A stretch of DNA of 64,000 nucleotides, from contig DATHOE010000019.1 of NCBI GenBank assembly GCA_035485275.1, positions 27,373 to 91,372 on the forward strand, read 5' to 3'. Position 1 is the first letter of the stretch. Every line of letters starts with the position of its first letter. This document shows, in pieces, positions 30,329 through 40,693 of this stretch. A program made the position numbers and the translations under genes. This DNA comes from a bacterium. GTDB lineage: Bacteria; Oederibacteriota; JAJYGY01; DAIDJD01. The notes beneath the pieces were generated by a model. It searched no databases. It had not been told where the DNA came from and worked only from the letters and a program-made list of their open reading frames with translations.

Positions 30329-30691
30329 ATGTCCCGCGAAAACATCTCCTCCGGTTCAAACTGGGAGCCCCTGCTGGGCTATTCCCGCGCCGTGAAGGCC
30401 GGGCCCTATGTGCACGTCGCCGGCACCACGGGCCCCGGGGGCAGCGCCGCGGAGCAGACCCGCGCCGCCCTGGAGACCATCAAGAAGGCCCTGGAAAGCG
30501 CGGGGGCCCGCATGGACCAGGTGGTGCGCACGCGGCTGTTCGTCACGGACATCAGCCAGTGGGAGGCCATCGGCAAGGTCCACGGCGAGTACTTCGGCGA
30601 GATCCGGCCGGCCATGGCCATGGTCCAGGTGGTCAAGCTCATCGACCCGGCCCTGCTGGTGGAGATCGAAGCGGACGCCTATGTCGGCTGA
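30329..30691 (+). CDS. RidA/YjgF/Rid-family protein
   Basis: The sequence SRAVKAGPYVHVAGTTG ... RTRLFVTD ... PAMAMVQV ... VEIEADA fits the YjgF/RidA fold. ATG 30329 is preferred over 30305 because of a weak GGAAGA upstream. Confidence 0.75.
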   Translation: MSRENISSGSNWEPLLGYSRAVKAGPYVHVAGTTGPGGSAAEQTRAALETIKKALESAGARMDQVVRTRLFVTDISQWEAIGKVHGEYFGEIRPAMAMVQVVKLIDPALLVEIEADAYVG

Positions 30692-31841
30692 AGCCGACCT
30701 GACCGCCCTGGAAGACCTCCGCGCCCGGCTCACGCCGGGCGCGCTGTGTTTCAGCCTGGCGACGCCGGAGGAGGCCGAGACCCTGCGGCTCAGCCTGCCG
30801 CAGGAGGGCCGGATCTGGGTGGGCTGGCGCCAGCGCGAAGCCCTCCTGCGGGCCTGGCGCCCGGCCGCGCAGGAGCGCTACCACAGCGTCGCCGGCCGCG
30901 ACGCCCCCTCCCTGCGCGCGTGGCTGGAGGACAGCTTCAAGGTGTGGAGGGAATCGGGGCGGGGCGATTGGCGCATCGAGGTGGAGGGCGCCCGCGTGGA
31001 GGAGGCCCTGGCCCTCTGCGGCCTGGGCGGCCTGGAAAGCCGGTCCCTCAGCCTCCTGTCCAACGGGGAGGCGGCCCGCGCCTGCCTGGCCGCGGCTTTG
31101 GGGTCGAAACCGGCCTTGCTCGTCCTGGACGACCTGACGGAAGGCTTGGACGCCAAGGGCAGGAAGATGCTCTCCAAGCTTGCGCGGACGCTGGCGGGGA
31201 AGGGGACGGCCGTGCTGGTCCTGGCGAGCAGGGAGAGCCTGTTCCCCTGGGCGGCCGCGGTCCGTCGGGCCCCCCAGGGGCTGTCCGATCTTTCGCTCGT
31301 CCCGAGGCCCCTCAGCGAGGAGGTGTTTTCCTGCGAGGGGCTGTCCTTGGAGGCGGGAGGCCGCATCCTGGTGAAAAGCCTGTATTGGAAGCTGTATGAG
31401 GGGGAAAATTGGTGGGTGGAGGGCCCCAATGGGGCCGGGAAAAGCACGCTGCTGGCCTATCTCAGCGGCGAGCACCCTCAAGCCTGGGCGCAGTCCTGGA
31501 GGCTGAAAGGGGAGGGCCGCGAGGCCTGGACGCCCCCGGCCCTGCTCAGGAGCGCGGTCGCCTGGGTGAGCCCGGAGCTGGCCGCGGCGTCCGGGCGGCC
31601 GCTGGGGGAGATGCTCAGCCGGGCCCTGGAGAGTTCCGCGTCCCTGCTGATCCTGGACGAGGCTCTGCGCGGATTGGATCGGGAGGCCCTGGGCCGTTGC
31701 GAGGAGGACCTGGCGCGGTCCTTCCGTGAGCGGCCCGGCCGCAGCGTGGTGTTCGTGAGCCATGACTTCCATGAGATACCGCCGGGGATCAACCGGGTCC
31801 TGCATTTACGGGGGGACGGCGACTGGGACTTTGAGGAGTGA
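30681..31841 (+). CDS. ModF-like tandem ABC ATPase with a degenerate N-terminal nucleotide-binding domain
   Basis: The C-terminal half has Walker A GPNGAGKST, Walker B LLILDE and a ModF-like HPQ motif (LSGEHPQAW). The N-terminal half retains the signature LSNGE and Walker B LLVLDD but has no Walker A. The start overlaps the RidA gene by 11 nt. Confidence 0.7.
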   Translation: MSAEADLTALEDLRARLTPGALCFSLATPEEAETLRLSLPQEGRIWVGWRQREALLRAWRPAAQERYHSVAGRDAPSLRAWLEDSFKVWRESGRGDWRIEVEGARVEEALALCGLGGLESRSLSLLSNGEAARACLAAALGSKPALLVLDDLTEGLDAKGRKMLSKLARTLAGKGTAVLVLASRESLFPWAAAVRRAPQGLSDLSLVPRPLSEEVFSCEGLSLEAGGRILVKSLYWKLYEGENWWVEGPNGAGKSTLLAYLSGEHPQAWAQSWRLKGEGREAWTPPALLRSAVAWVSPELAAASGRPLGEMLSRALESSASLLILDEALRGLDREALGRCEEDLARSFRERPGRSVVFVSHDFHEIPPGINRVLHLRGDGDWDFEE

Positions 31842-31923
31842 CTTCCGGCGGCTGCTTGGGCCGCCGGTGGACGGCGCCGAGGCTTCGGGCCATTTCCCCA
31901 ACGAAATCGAGGGAGGAATCGAG

Positions 31924-32478
31924 ATGAGGAAGGTCGTCTACGGATTGAATGTTTCCCTCGACGGGTTCTACGCGGACATCCACGGAAGCATCGACTTTAC
32001 GGTTCCGGAAAAGGAGGTGTTCCGCCATTTCATCGGGTTCGAAAGGGAAGTCAAAGTCCACCTTTATGGGCGCAAGATGTACGAAACCATGAGCTATTGG
32101 AAAGCCGACCACAATTTCGGGCCGGCGGAGCTTGAGTACGCCAAGATTTGGAACAAGAGACCCAATGTCGTCTTTTCCAGGACCTTGAAAAGCGTCGCTT
32201 CGAACGACCGGCTGCTGAGGGGCGACATCGCGGCGGAGGTGAAAAAGCTGAAGAAGGGGCCGGGGAAGTATATGGTGGTCGCGGGCGGGGAGATCGCGTC
32301 GACCTTCATCAAGCTCGGCTTGATCGATGAATACCGGTTCTACTTGAGGCCGATCGTGCTTGGAAATGGGAAGCCCATGTTCCAGTCCCTGGCCAAGCGC
32401 CTGCGCCTGAAGCTGATTGACAGCGAGACGATTGGATCCCAGGTGGTCCTCCTGCGGTATAAAAACGCCCTAGGATGA
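31924..32478 (+). CDS. RibD C-terminal domain / dihydrofolate-reductase-like family protein
   Basis: ATG after GAGGGAGG. The sequence KVVYGLNVSLDGFYA ... YMVVAGGEIASTF ... IDEYRFYLRPIVLGNGKPMF is typical of this family. GC content is visibly lower than in the neighbouring genes. Confidence 0.75.
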   Translation: MRKVVYGLNVSLDGFYADIHGSIDFTVPEKEVFRHFIGFEREVKVHLYGRKMYETMSYWKADHNFGPAELEYAKIWNKRPNVVFSRTLKSVASNDRLLRGDIAAEVKKLKKGPGKYMVVAGGEIASTFIKLGLIDEYRFYLRPIVLGNGKPMFQSLAKRLRLKLIDSETIGSQVVLLRYKNALG

Positions 32479-32491
32479 GCAGTCTAGGCCC

Positions 32492-32516
32492 AATGCCGAT
32501 AAAACAAAGGCATTTT
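32492..32516 (+). terminator. Possible terminator after the RibD_C gene
   Basis: Stem AATGCC / GGCATT with an 11-nt loop, followed by TT. Weak. Confidence 0.3.
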
Positions 32517-32980
32517 CCAGGATCTAATACCTAACAAAATATCTAACGATAGCTTACATTTACCGTCACTATGGGAAACATCGCTTTGCTATGGTAAGGC
32601 TGGCGGAAGGTATGGAACTAAACTTCCAACAATGAAGCCGATCTCATGAATGCTTTGGGGAGCCATTCTTTTCGCGATCCCGAGACCCCGCAGGACAAGG
32701 GCCGGACCCTGTTTTTGAGTCAAAACGAAAAACGCGTTTGCCCCTATTGGGGCTCCGGTGTGCAAGGCCGCCATTGGTTTGGGTTAATTACGAAACAATG
32801 TTCTACAGATAGAAATTATTATCCGCCCTGATATAGTCCATAAAATCAAGGTTAAATATAATCGAGCAATCTAGAACTGCAATAAACAGCTTCCAAGCGG
32901 TGGATTCAAAGAGCCCAAAAGAGATTCTCAATAGGAGATGCATGGACCCACATCACCGCATCCGAATCAGAGGTTTAGCC

Positions 32981-33322
32981 ATGAAATATCTGCTGCTTTT
33001 CCTGGTATTGTTGGCCGGTTCAGCCGGCGCGGAAGAGAACGATTCAGACCTGGTCCACGGCCTCGCGCACGGCGGCGCGGGGGCGATGGTCGCCATGGCC
33101 ACTGACACCGTCCCGGTCAACATCGCCCGCTATGATCTGAGACTTCGGAACCAAAAAATGCCCTGGTATATGCCGATCCTGATCGACTCGGGCATGGCCT
33201 TCCTCGCGGACGAGGCCTACGAACTGGCCACGGAGAAGACCCCGACCGTGCTGGCCCAGCATAACCTGGACGCGACGCTCGGCGGGCTGCTCTATTCCGT
33301 GCATTTGGAAGTGGAATTTTAG
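32981..33322 (+). CDS. Hypothetical small secreted protein
   Basis: Signal peptide MKYLLLFLVLLAGSAGA. 113 aa. Lower-GC context. No family recognised. Confidence 0.45.
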   Translation: MKYLLLFLVLLAGSAGAEENDSDLVHGLAHGGAGAMVAMATDTVPVNIARYDLRLRNQKMPWYMPILIDSGMAFLADEAYELATEKTPTVLAQHNLDATLGGLLYSVHLEVEF

Positions 33323-33422
33323 GACGATCCGCCTTCATCCAGGCCCGGGAGCCGCGGCGAAAGCCGGGGCGCGCGCGGCCTTGTTGTCCTATGCCCGATT
33401 TGAGGTCCAACCGTTCCGGGTC

Positions 33423-34814
33423 TTAGTTTTTTATGCGGGACTTGAGGTTTTCGACCTGGCTGATGAAGGTGCCGTTCTTCTCCATCTGGTCGCGGACTTT
33501 CTCGATGGCGTGGATGACGGTGCTGTGGTTCTTGCCGCCGAAGGCTTCGCCGATTTCGGTCAGGCTGGCGTTGGTCAGCTCGCGGGCGATGTACATTGCC
33601 ACCTGGCGGGCCAGGACCACGCCGGCGGTGCGGTGGCGTCCGCGCAGGTCCGCCACGCGGATGTTGAAGTGGGCGGCGGTCTCGTTCTGGATGCGGTCGA
33701 TGCTGATGACCCGCACCTCGGCCTCCAGCACGTCGCGCAGCACCTGGCGCGAGAGGGTCAGGTCCAGCTCCTGGCGCGTCAGGGCCGCGTAGGCCGTGAC
33801 CCGGTTCAGCGAGCCTTCCATGTCCCTGATGTTGCTGCGCATGCTCTCGGCGATCAGCAGGGTCACGTCGTTGGGGACGTTCAGCCCCTCGGTCTCGCAC
33901 TTCTTCTTCAGGATGGCGATGCGGGTCTCCAGGTCGGGCGGCTGGATGTCCACCGTCAGGCCCCACTCGAAGCGGCTGCGCAGCTTGTCGCCCATCTGGA
34001 TGTCCTTGGGGTGGCTGTCGCTGGTGGCCACGATCTGCTTGCTGTGCTCAAAGAGGCTGTTGAAGGTGTGGAAGAACTCCTCCTGCATGCGCTCCTTGCC
34101 CTCCAGGAACTGTATGTCGTCCACCAGCAGCACGTCGATGTCGCGGAAGGCGGAGCGGAACTCCTCCATCTTGGAGGCCCGCAGGCAGCGCACCATCTCG
34201 TTGACGAAGATCTCGCTGGTGACGTAGAGGACGCGGGTCTCGGGGCGCGATGCGCGTATGTGGTTGCCGATGGCCTGCAGGAGGTGCGTCTTGCCCAGGC
34301 CCACCTTGCCGTAGATGAAGAGCGGGTTGTAGCTGAGGCTGGGGGCCTCGCCCACCGCGGCGCTGGCGGCGCAGGCGAAGCGGTTGCTGTTGCCCACGAT
34401 GAACTTGTCGAAGGTGTAGCGCGTGCTCAGCGGCAGGCCGGTCTTGATCTCGGGGCTGGGCTGGTAGGCGGCGCTGCGGGCGTCCGCGGCTAGGGCCGAG
34501 GGCGAAGGGGCCGCGGCAGGCTCGGGGGCGGGGGCCTGGATCTGCACTTCCCAACGCTGGTGGGCGGCCTCGTCCACGGCGAGCTTGAAGGGCACCACGC
34601 GGCCGTGCACGGCCATCAGGGCCTGCGCGATGGCTGGCCCGTAGTGGCTGCCGATCCATTCCATGAAGAACTGGGAGGGAACGTGTAGGAACAAAGTGTC
34701 GCCGTCCCACTCCGCGGTGGTGGGAGCGAACCAAGTCTCGAAGGACTGGGGATCCATCTGGCCGGAGAGAAGCGTGAGGGCTTCTTTCCAGAGCGCCGGT
34801 TTGACTCGGTTCAA
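33423..34814 (-). CDS. dnaA: Chromosomal replication initiator protein DnaA
   Basis: AAA+ Walker A GKVGLGKTHLLQAIG, Walker B LLVDDIQF, and a C-terminal DNA-binding helix region (VLARQVAMYIARELTNASLTEIGEAFGGKNHSTVIHA). Confidence 0.97.
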   Translation of the reverse strand: MNRVKPALWKEALTLLSGQMDPQSFETWFAPTTAEWDGDTLFLHVPSQFFMEWIGSHYGPAIAQALMAVHGRVVPFKLAVDEAAHQRWEVQIQAPAPEPAAAPSPSALAADARSAAYQPSPEIKTGLPLSTRYTFDKFIVGNSNRFACAASAAVGEAPSLSYNPLFIYGKVGLGKTHLLQAIGNHIRASRPETRVLYVTSEIFVNEMVRCLRASKMEEFRSAFRDIDVLLVDDIQFLEGKERMQEEFFHTFNSLFEHSKQIVATSDSHPKDIQMGDKLRSRFEWGLTVDIQPPDLETRIAILKKKCETEGLNVPNDVTLLIAESMRSNIRDMEGSLNRVTAYAALTRQELDLTLSRQVLRDVLEAEVRVISIDRIQNETAAHFNIRVADLRGRHRTAGVVLARQVAMYIARELTNASLTEIGEAFGGKNHSTVIHAIEKVRDQMEKNGTFISQVENLKSRIKN

Positions 34815-34870
34815 GTCGATGCCTCGGTCTGATTTGGGGATGGGGGTGTCGCAGTGGGTGGAGTGGGCGT

Positions 34871-34898
34871 ATTATAGCCGTCCTCCAACAAAGCGCAA
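34871..34898 (-). promoter_or_regulatory. Possible dnaA promoter, TTGCGC-N16-TATAAT on the minus strand
   Basis: The plus strand has ATTATA at 34871-34876 (TATAAT on minus) and GCGCAA at 34893-34898 (TTGCGC on minus). Confidence 0.3.
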
Positions 34899-34918
34899 CC
34901 TTTTCAATCCGCAAAGAG

Positions 34919-35467
34919 ATGAATTCCATCCCCAGCATAGACCTGCATCCCGAAAAAATCCCCGGCGGCCCGCACGACGCGGTGCGGGCCTGCAGGGAAT
35001 TTCTTGACAAGGCGCTGGCCGCGGGTCACCGCCAGGTCCGCATCGTCACGGGACTGGGCATGCGGGGCGACGGGACGCCGCGCCTGCGCACCCGGATCGA
35101 GCAGGAGGTCCTGGGCGGCTTTTTCAGCCACATAGAGCACAGCGCCTATGAACAGGGCGGGGCCGTGATCCGGATCTGGCTCAAGGCCTCCAGCGCCAAG
35201 CCCAGCGCGGCCTGGAAACGCCAGCAGCGCCGCGACAGCGAACGCCTGGCCGTGGCCGACCGGGAGGAGCGCCTGATGGTGGCCGGGGACCGCCTGGAGG
35301 CCGCGGAGCAGGCCTTTGATGAGGGGGACCTGCGCCGCTGTAGGCTCAAACTCAACCAGGTGGCGCGCGAATTCGGCTGGGAAGAGGCGCCGGCGGGCCT
35401 GGACGACGACCAGGCCCTGCGGCTTTTGGAGTCCCACTGGGCGCAACTGAAAGCCTTGGACGCATAG
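34919..35467 (+). CDS. Smr (small MutS-related) domain protein
   Basis: The N-terminal sequence IDLHPEKIPGGPHDAVRACREFLDKALAAGHRQVRIVTGLG fits the Smr domain pattern (DLHG...IIHGKG). The C-terminal half is charged and helical. Confidence 0.65.
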   Translation: MNSIPSIDLHPEKIPGGPHDAVRACREFLDKALAAGHRQVRIVTGLGMRGDGTPRLRTRIEQEVLGGFFSHIEHSAYEQGGAVIRIWLKASSAKPSAAWKRQQRRDSERLAVADREERLMVAGDRLEAAEQAFDEGDLRRCRLKLNQVAREFGWEEAPAGLDDDQALRLLESHWAQLKALDA

Positions 35468-35540
35468 CTTCCTTGACGCTGGTCGCCCCGAAGTGCTACC
35501 TTTTTTATCCTTTGCCCGGCGTCCCCAGCCGGACAAGCCC

Positions 35541-35617
35541 GGTGACGTACCCAAGTGGTTCAAGGGGACGGTCTGCAAAACCGTTATTCATGGGTTCGAA
35601 TCCCATCGTCACCTCCA
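35541..35617 (+). tRNA. tRNA-Cys (anticodon GCA), CCA encoded
   Basis: Acceptor stem GGTGACG/CGTCACC. Anticodon stem ACGGT/ACCGT with loop CTGCAAA. T-arm ATGGG-TTCGAAT-CCCAT. Discriminator T, as is typical for tRNA-Cys, then CCA. Confidence 0.9.
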
Positions 35618-35635
35618 ATTTGAACGTTCCGGTCG

Positions 35636-36628
<993 letters not shown>

Positions 36629-36632
36629 AGCG

Positions 36633-37814
36633 ATGAAGTTGCACGAATATCAAGCCAAGGATCTTCTGGACGCGGTCGGGGTCAAGGTGCTCAAGGGTTT
36701 CGTGGCGGGGAACGCGGCTGAACTCGACGCCGCGATCGCCAATCTCAGCGCCTCCGGGCCCTGGGTGGTGAAGGCCCAGGTGCACGCCGGAGGCCGCGGC
36801 AAGGCCGGGGGCGTCAAGCTGGCCAAGACCAAGGCCGAGCTCAAGGAAAAGGCGCAGGCCATCCTGGGCATGACCCTGGTCAGCAAGCAGACCGGGCCCC
36901 AGGGCGTGCTGGTGAAGAAGATCCTGCTGGTGGAAGCCTGCGACATCGCCAAGGAGATCTACGTCTCCATCCTCATGGACCGCAAGGCCGGCAAGCCCCT
37001 GGTCATCGCCAGCGCCGAAGGCGGCATGGAGATCGAGGAACTGGCGGTCAGCCATCCCGAGAAGATCCTGAAGGTCCATCTGGACCCCTTGGCCGGCATG
37101 CAGGCCTTCCAATCCCGCGCCCTGGCCTACCAGCTTGCGCCTGGGGAGGCCTCAGACAGCCCCGTGGTGGCCGAGCTGGCGGAACTGCTCATGGGCCTCA
37201 GCCGGGCCTTTTTCAAGTACGACGCGAGCCTGGTGGAAGTGAACCCCCTCATCATCACCCCGGACAAGCAGGTCATCGCCCTGGACGCCAAAGTGGCGAT
37301 AGAGGACAACGCCCTGTTCCGCCATCCGAAAATCGAAGCCATGCGGGATGTGGCCGAGGAAAACCCCAAGGAGGTCAAGGCCGCGGCCGCGGGCCTCAAC
37401 TACATAGCCCTGGACGGCAACATCGGCTGCCTGGTCAACGGGGCCGGCCTGGCCATGGCCACCATGGACCTGATCAAGCTGCACGGCGGGGCGCCCAACA
37501 ACTTCCTGGACGTGGGCGGCGGGGCCAACAAGGACACCATGCTTGCGGCCTTCAAGCTGCTGCTGGGCGACGAGCAGGTGAAGGGCATCCTGGTCAACAT
37601 CTTCGGCGGCATTGTGCGCTGCGACCTGGTGGCCCAGGGCGTCATCGACGCGGCCAAGGAGGTCTCCTTGAACGTGCCCATGGTGGTGCGCCTGGAGGGC
37701 ACCAACGTCGAGGCCGGACGCAAACTCCTGGCCGAGAGCGGCCTGCCCATCACCCCGGCGGCCGGGTTCAATGAGGCCACGCTGAAAATCGTCGAAGCCG
37801 TAAGGGGGAAGTAA
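36633..37814 (+). CDS. sucC: Succinate--CoA ligase subunit beta
   Basis: [12 protein letters not shown]... ATP-grasp N-terminus. Motifs [17 protein letters not shown] and [10 protein letters not shown]. Confidence 0.97.
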   Translation: MKLHEYQAKDLLDAVGVKVLKGFVAGNAAELDAAIANLSASGPWVVKAQVHAGGRGKAGGVKLAKTKAELKEKAQAILGMTLVSKQTGPQGVLVKKILLVEACDIAKEIYVSILMDRKAGKPLVIASAEGGMEIEELAVSHPEKILKVHLDPLAGMQAFQSRALAYQLAPGEASDSPVVAELAELLMGLSRAFFKYDASLVEVNPLIITPDKQVIALDAKVAIEDNALFRHPKIEAMRDVAEENPKEVKAAAAGLNYIALDGNIGCLVNGAGLAMATMDLIKLHGGAPNNFLDVGGGANKDTMLAAFKLLLGDEQVKGILVNIFGGIVRCDLVAQGVIDAAKEVSLNVPMVVRLEGTNVEAGRKLLAESGLPITPAAGFNEATLKIVEAVRGK

Positions 37815-37816
37815 GC

Positions 37817-38695
37817 ATGTCCATCATCGTCAACAAGAACACCAAGGTTTTGTGCCAGGGCGTGGGCAAGGCCGGCAGCTTCCACCTCAAGGGCTGCAAG
37901 GACTACGGGACCAAGATGGTGGGCGGTGTGCAGCCCAAGAAGGGCGGCACCACGGTCGAGGGCCTGCCGGTTTTCAACACCGTGCGCCAGGCCGTGCTTG
38001 AAACCGGGGCGGACGCCAGCATGATCTTCGTGCCGGCCCCGGGCTCGGCGGACGCCATCCTTGAGGCCGCGGACGCGGGCATCAAGACCATCGTCTGCAT
38101 CACCGAGGGCGTGCCCGTCCTGGACATGAGCCGCACCAAGGCCATCCTCAAGGCCGACTACCCCGGCGTGCGCCTGATCGGGCCCAACTGCCCGGGCATC
38201 ATCACCCCGGGCGAGTGCAAGATCGGCATCATGCCGGGCTACATCCACAAAAAGGGCAAGGTCGGCATCCTGTCCAAGTCCGGAACCCTGACCTACGAGG
38301 CCGTGCACCAGACCACGGCTGAGGGCTTCGGCCAAACCACCTGCGTGGGCATCGGCGGGGACCCGATCTTGGGCTCCACCTACTTGGACCTGCTGCCCCT
38401 TTTCGAGTCCGACCCTGAAACCGAGGTCATCGTGCTCATCGGCGAGATCGGCGGGGACGCGGAAAAGAGCGCCGCGGAGTACTGGAAGGCCCACATGAAG
38501 AAGCCCGTGGTGGCCTTCGTGGCCGGCCGCACGGCCCCTGCGGGCAAGCGCATGGGCCATGCCGGAGCCATCATCGGCGGGGCGGACGACACCGCCGACG
38601 CCAAGCTAAAGATGCTGGCTTCCTACGGCATCCACACCGTGGACAACCCGAGCCTGATCGGCAAGGAAGTGGCCAAGGTGCTGGCAAAGCATTGA
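37817..38695 (+). CDS. sucD: Succinate--CoA ligase subunit alpha
   Basis: Motifs [20 protein letters not shown] and RMGHAGAII (catalytic His). Confidence 0.97.
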   Translation: MSIIVNKNTKVLCQGVGKAGSFHLKGCKDYGTKMVGGVQPKKGGTTVEGLPVFNTVRQAVLETGADASMIFVPAPGSADAILEAADAGIKTIVCITEGVPVLDMSRTKAILKADYPGVRLIGPNCPGIITPGECKIGIMPGYIHKKGKVGILSKSGTLTYEAVHQTTAEGFGQTTCVGIGGDPILGSTYLDLLPLFESDPETEVIVLIGEIGGDAEKSAAEYWKAHMKKPVVAFVAGRTAPAGKRMGHAGAIIGGADDTADAKLKMLASYGIHTVDNPSLIGKEVAKVLAKH

Positions 38696-38758
38696 TTTTC
38701 TTCGCGAAGTTAGGCTGGAAAGTCCCTTTAAAACAATGATTTTAGGGACGGAGCTCGA

Positions 38759-40510
38759 ATGAACAGCAGCTTTGATCCTGGGTCTAATCTGAAAAGGCGT
38801 GCTTCCGGAGAGGAGCACGCCTTTTTGTATTGGGCCTGGGCCGGGGGCCTGGTGTTCGCGGCCCTGGCCGTCTTTGAGGTGCTGGTCCTCAGGCCCGGCC
38901 TGGGCGCTCCCGAAGAACTGGCCAACCTGGCCTATATTGTCCATGCGGGTGAAACCTGGCGCGTCTGGGTCCGTATCGGAGGCGGGGCCATCAGCCGCGG
39001 CATCATGGCCTTGAGCCTGGCTGGTCCCTGGGGCTGGCAAGCCATCTACCTGTTCAATGTCCTGGCCTTGGGAGGCCTGGCCTGGGGCCTGTGGAGCCTG
39101 GGCTCCAAACTGGGAGGAGCGAAGGCCGCCGCCCTCAGCCTCGCCTTCGCCTACTGCGCCCCCTTCAGCTTCTTGCAGGCCCGCACGACCTTCAGCTATG
39201 TCCTGGTGCCGGCGCTCCTGCTGGGCCTGATCCTGGCCCTGCGCCAGCCCTGCGGCCGCTGGGCCTCTCTGGCCCTGGGAGCTGCCGCAGCCCTGGCCTG
39301 GCTGGACTATGAAGCATGGATCCTGGCGGTCCCAGCCCTCTTGGCTGCCTGGGCATCAGCCCCCCGCCACGCCAGAGCCAAAGGAACCTGGGTGCTCACC
39401 GGTGTCGCCCTAGGATGTCTCCTGCTGGCTTGGGCCGAAGCTCCCTACATGGCGGAATGGCTCTTCCAGCGTGGGCATGGATCCTCAGGCCAAGGGGACT
39501 TCCTTCCAAACCTAAAGAGCTTCTTTTTTGGCGGATCCAGCCCCCTGGCCATGGGTATGGAGGAAGTCCCGAGCTTTCCCATTCTGGCTTGGCCAGGGCT
39601 CTTGGTTGGCATCATCGCCGCCCCTATATGGCTGTGGGTCTGGGCTGTGGGAGGATTGCTTGGACTCGCCGCGGCCGGTCCGGTGATGGAACCGAACCGG
39701 GCCATCCTGGCCTGGCCGGCCCTGCTTTTGATCAGCGCGTTAGGGACTGCCTGGCTTTGGAAGCGCTTCGCGCCCCGTTTGAGCGGGATCTGGCTGGGCA
39801 TCTTCCTGGTGGCCGCTCCGCTCACAGGCTATATCCAATTCAATCGCGCCATTGCGCCCTGGGATGCGGACATCCATGGACCTTCCCGCGTAGTCTTCCA
39901 AATGGCGGATTTCCTGAAGAAGAGGGAAGCCGAGCATCCCGTGGCCCTGGGCGGTTCCTTGGACCTGCTCTTGCATCCTCTGCTGGAGCGTATGCTCCCA
40001 TCCATGTCCGGCCCAGCATGTTCAGGTTGTGAAGTCTGGTTCCTGGTACCCCGCAGCATGGCCGATCCCGCGGACCCACGCTGGGGCCGTTGGGTCGCCT
40101 TCAACGCCGCAGGCGACGCCTATCCCCAATACCTGCTGCTCGCGAGCCCCAGGGCCGAAGCACTGCTAAGCCAAGCCGCGCAAGACTTAGCCCCAGAGCA
40201 AGGCATCATGGCCAATCCGGGCCCAGATCGTCTGGCCGCCCTACGGAGCCTGCCTGACCAGGCAAAAAACCCTTGGTCCTGGACCGCCTGGTCCAGCTTA
40301 CGCCTTCAAAGTGCATTGGAACTGGGCCAGGTCAAAGCCGGTGACGTCCTGCCCTTGCTTAAGGGCCCCTGTCTCAGCGAGGAGCCGCTGATAACCATTT
40401 CCGAAGCCCTGGAGCGCACGCAGCCCCAAGCCACCGCGCTTGCCCGAAAGCGCATGGAAAAATTGGAGCGTGTGGGGACAAGGTGGACCCTGGTTTTCGG
40501 TATTTCTTAG
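38759..40510 (+). CDS. Polytopic membrane protein with a soluble C-terminal domain (GT-C/PMT_2-like candidate)
   Basis: About 10 or more Trp/Leu/Ala-rich helices followed by a 200-aa soluble region. GC content is lower than in the flanking TCA genes. No catalytic motif confirmed. Confidence 0.5.
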   Translation: MNSSFDPGSNLKRRASGEEHAFLYWAWAGGLVFAALAVFEVLVLRPGLGAPEELANLAYIVHAGETWRVWVRIGGGAISRGIMALSLAGPWGWQAIYLFNVLALGGLAWGLWSLGSKLGGAKAAALSLAFAYCAPFSFLQARTTFSYVLVPALLLGLILALRQPCGRWASLALGAAAALAWLDYEAWILAVPALLAAWASAPRHARAKGTWVLTGVALGCLLLAWAEAPYMAEWLFQRGHGSSGQGDFLPNLKSFFFGGSSPLAMGMEEVPSFPILAWPGLLVGIIAAPIWLWVWAVGGLLGLAAAGPVMEPNRAILAWPALLLISALGTAWLWKRFAPRLSGIWLGIFLVAAPLTGYIQFNRAIAPWDADIHGPSRVVFQMADFLKKREAEHPVALGGSLDLLLHPLLERMLPSMSGPACSGCEVWFLVPRSMADPADPRWGRWVAFNAAGDAYPQYLLLASPRAEALLSQAAQDLAPEQGIMANPGPDRLAALRSLPDQAKNPWSWTAWSSLRLQSALELGQVKAGDVLPLLKGPCLSEEPLITISEALERTQPQATALARKRMEKLERVGTRWTLVFGIS

Positions 40511-40693
40511 GCCCGACGCGCTTCAAATTTAGGCACCGCGGAGCCGGAATTTGGCTCGCTGATGAGTTAGATGCAAAGGCATGATTTACTTGGCGAACTG
40601 CGACATGATTACGTTACACAGCACAATGTGGTGGTCACGATAAATTGTCGTAGATCGGAACCAATGTAGAGACATTCGTTTCCTCGCGCAAAG

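Noticed and set aside
32589-32831. Two overlapping 61-codon ORFs (32589-32774 on -, 32646-32831 on +) in the AT-rich gap
   Set aside because: No SD, no recognisable motif, and the two are mutually overlapping on opposite strands. They were treated as non-coding, and the region is reported as a finding instead.
34815-34918. Search for canonical DnaA boxes (TTATCCACA) in the dnaA-smr divergent region and in 32479-32980
   Set aside because: No perfect or single-mismatch box is visible by eye (the best is 7/9). An oriC feature is therefore not annotated, only flagged as a hypothesis.
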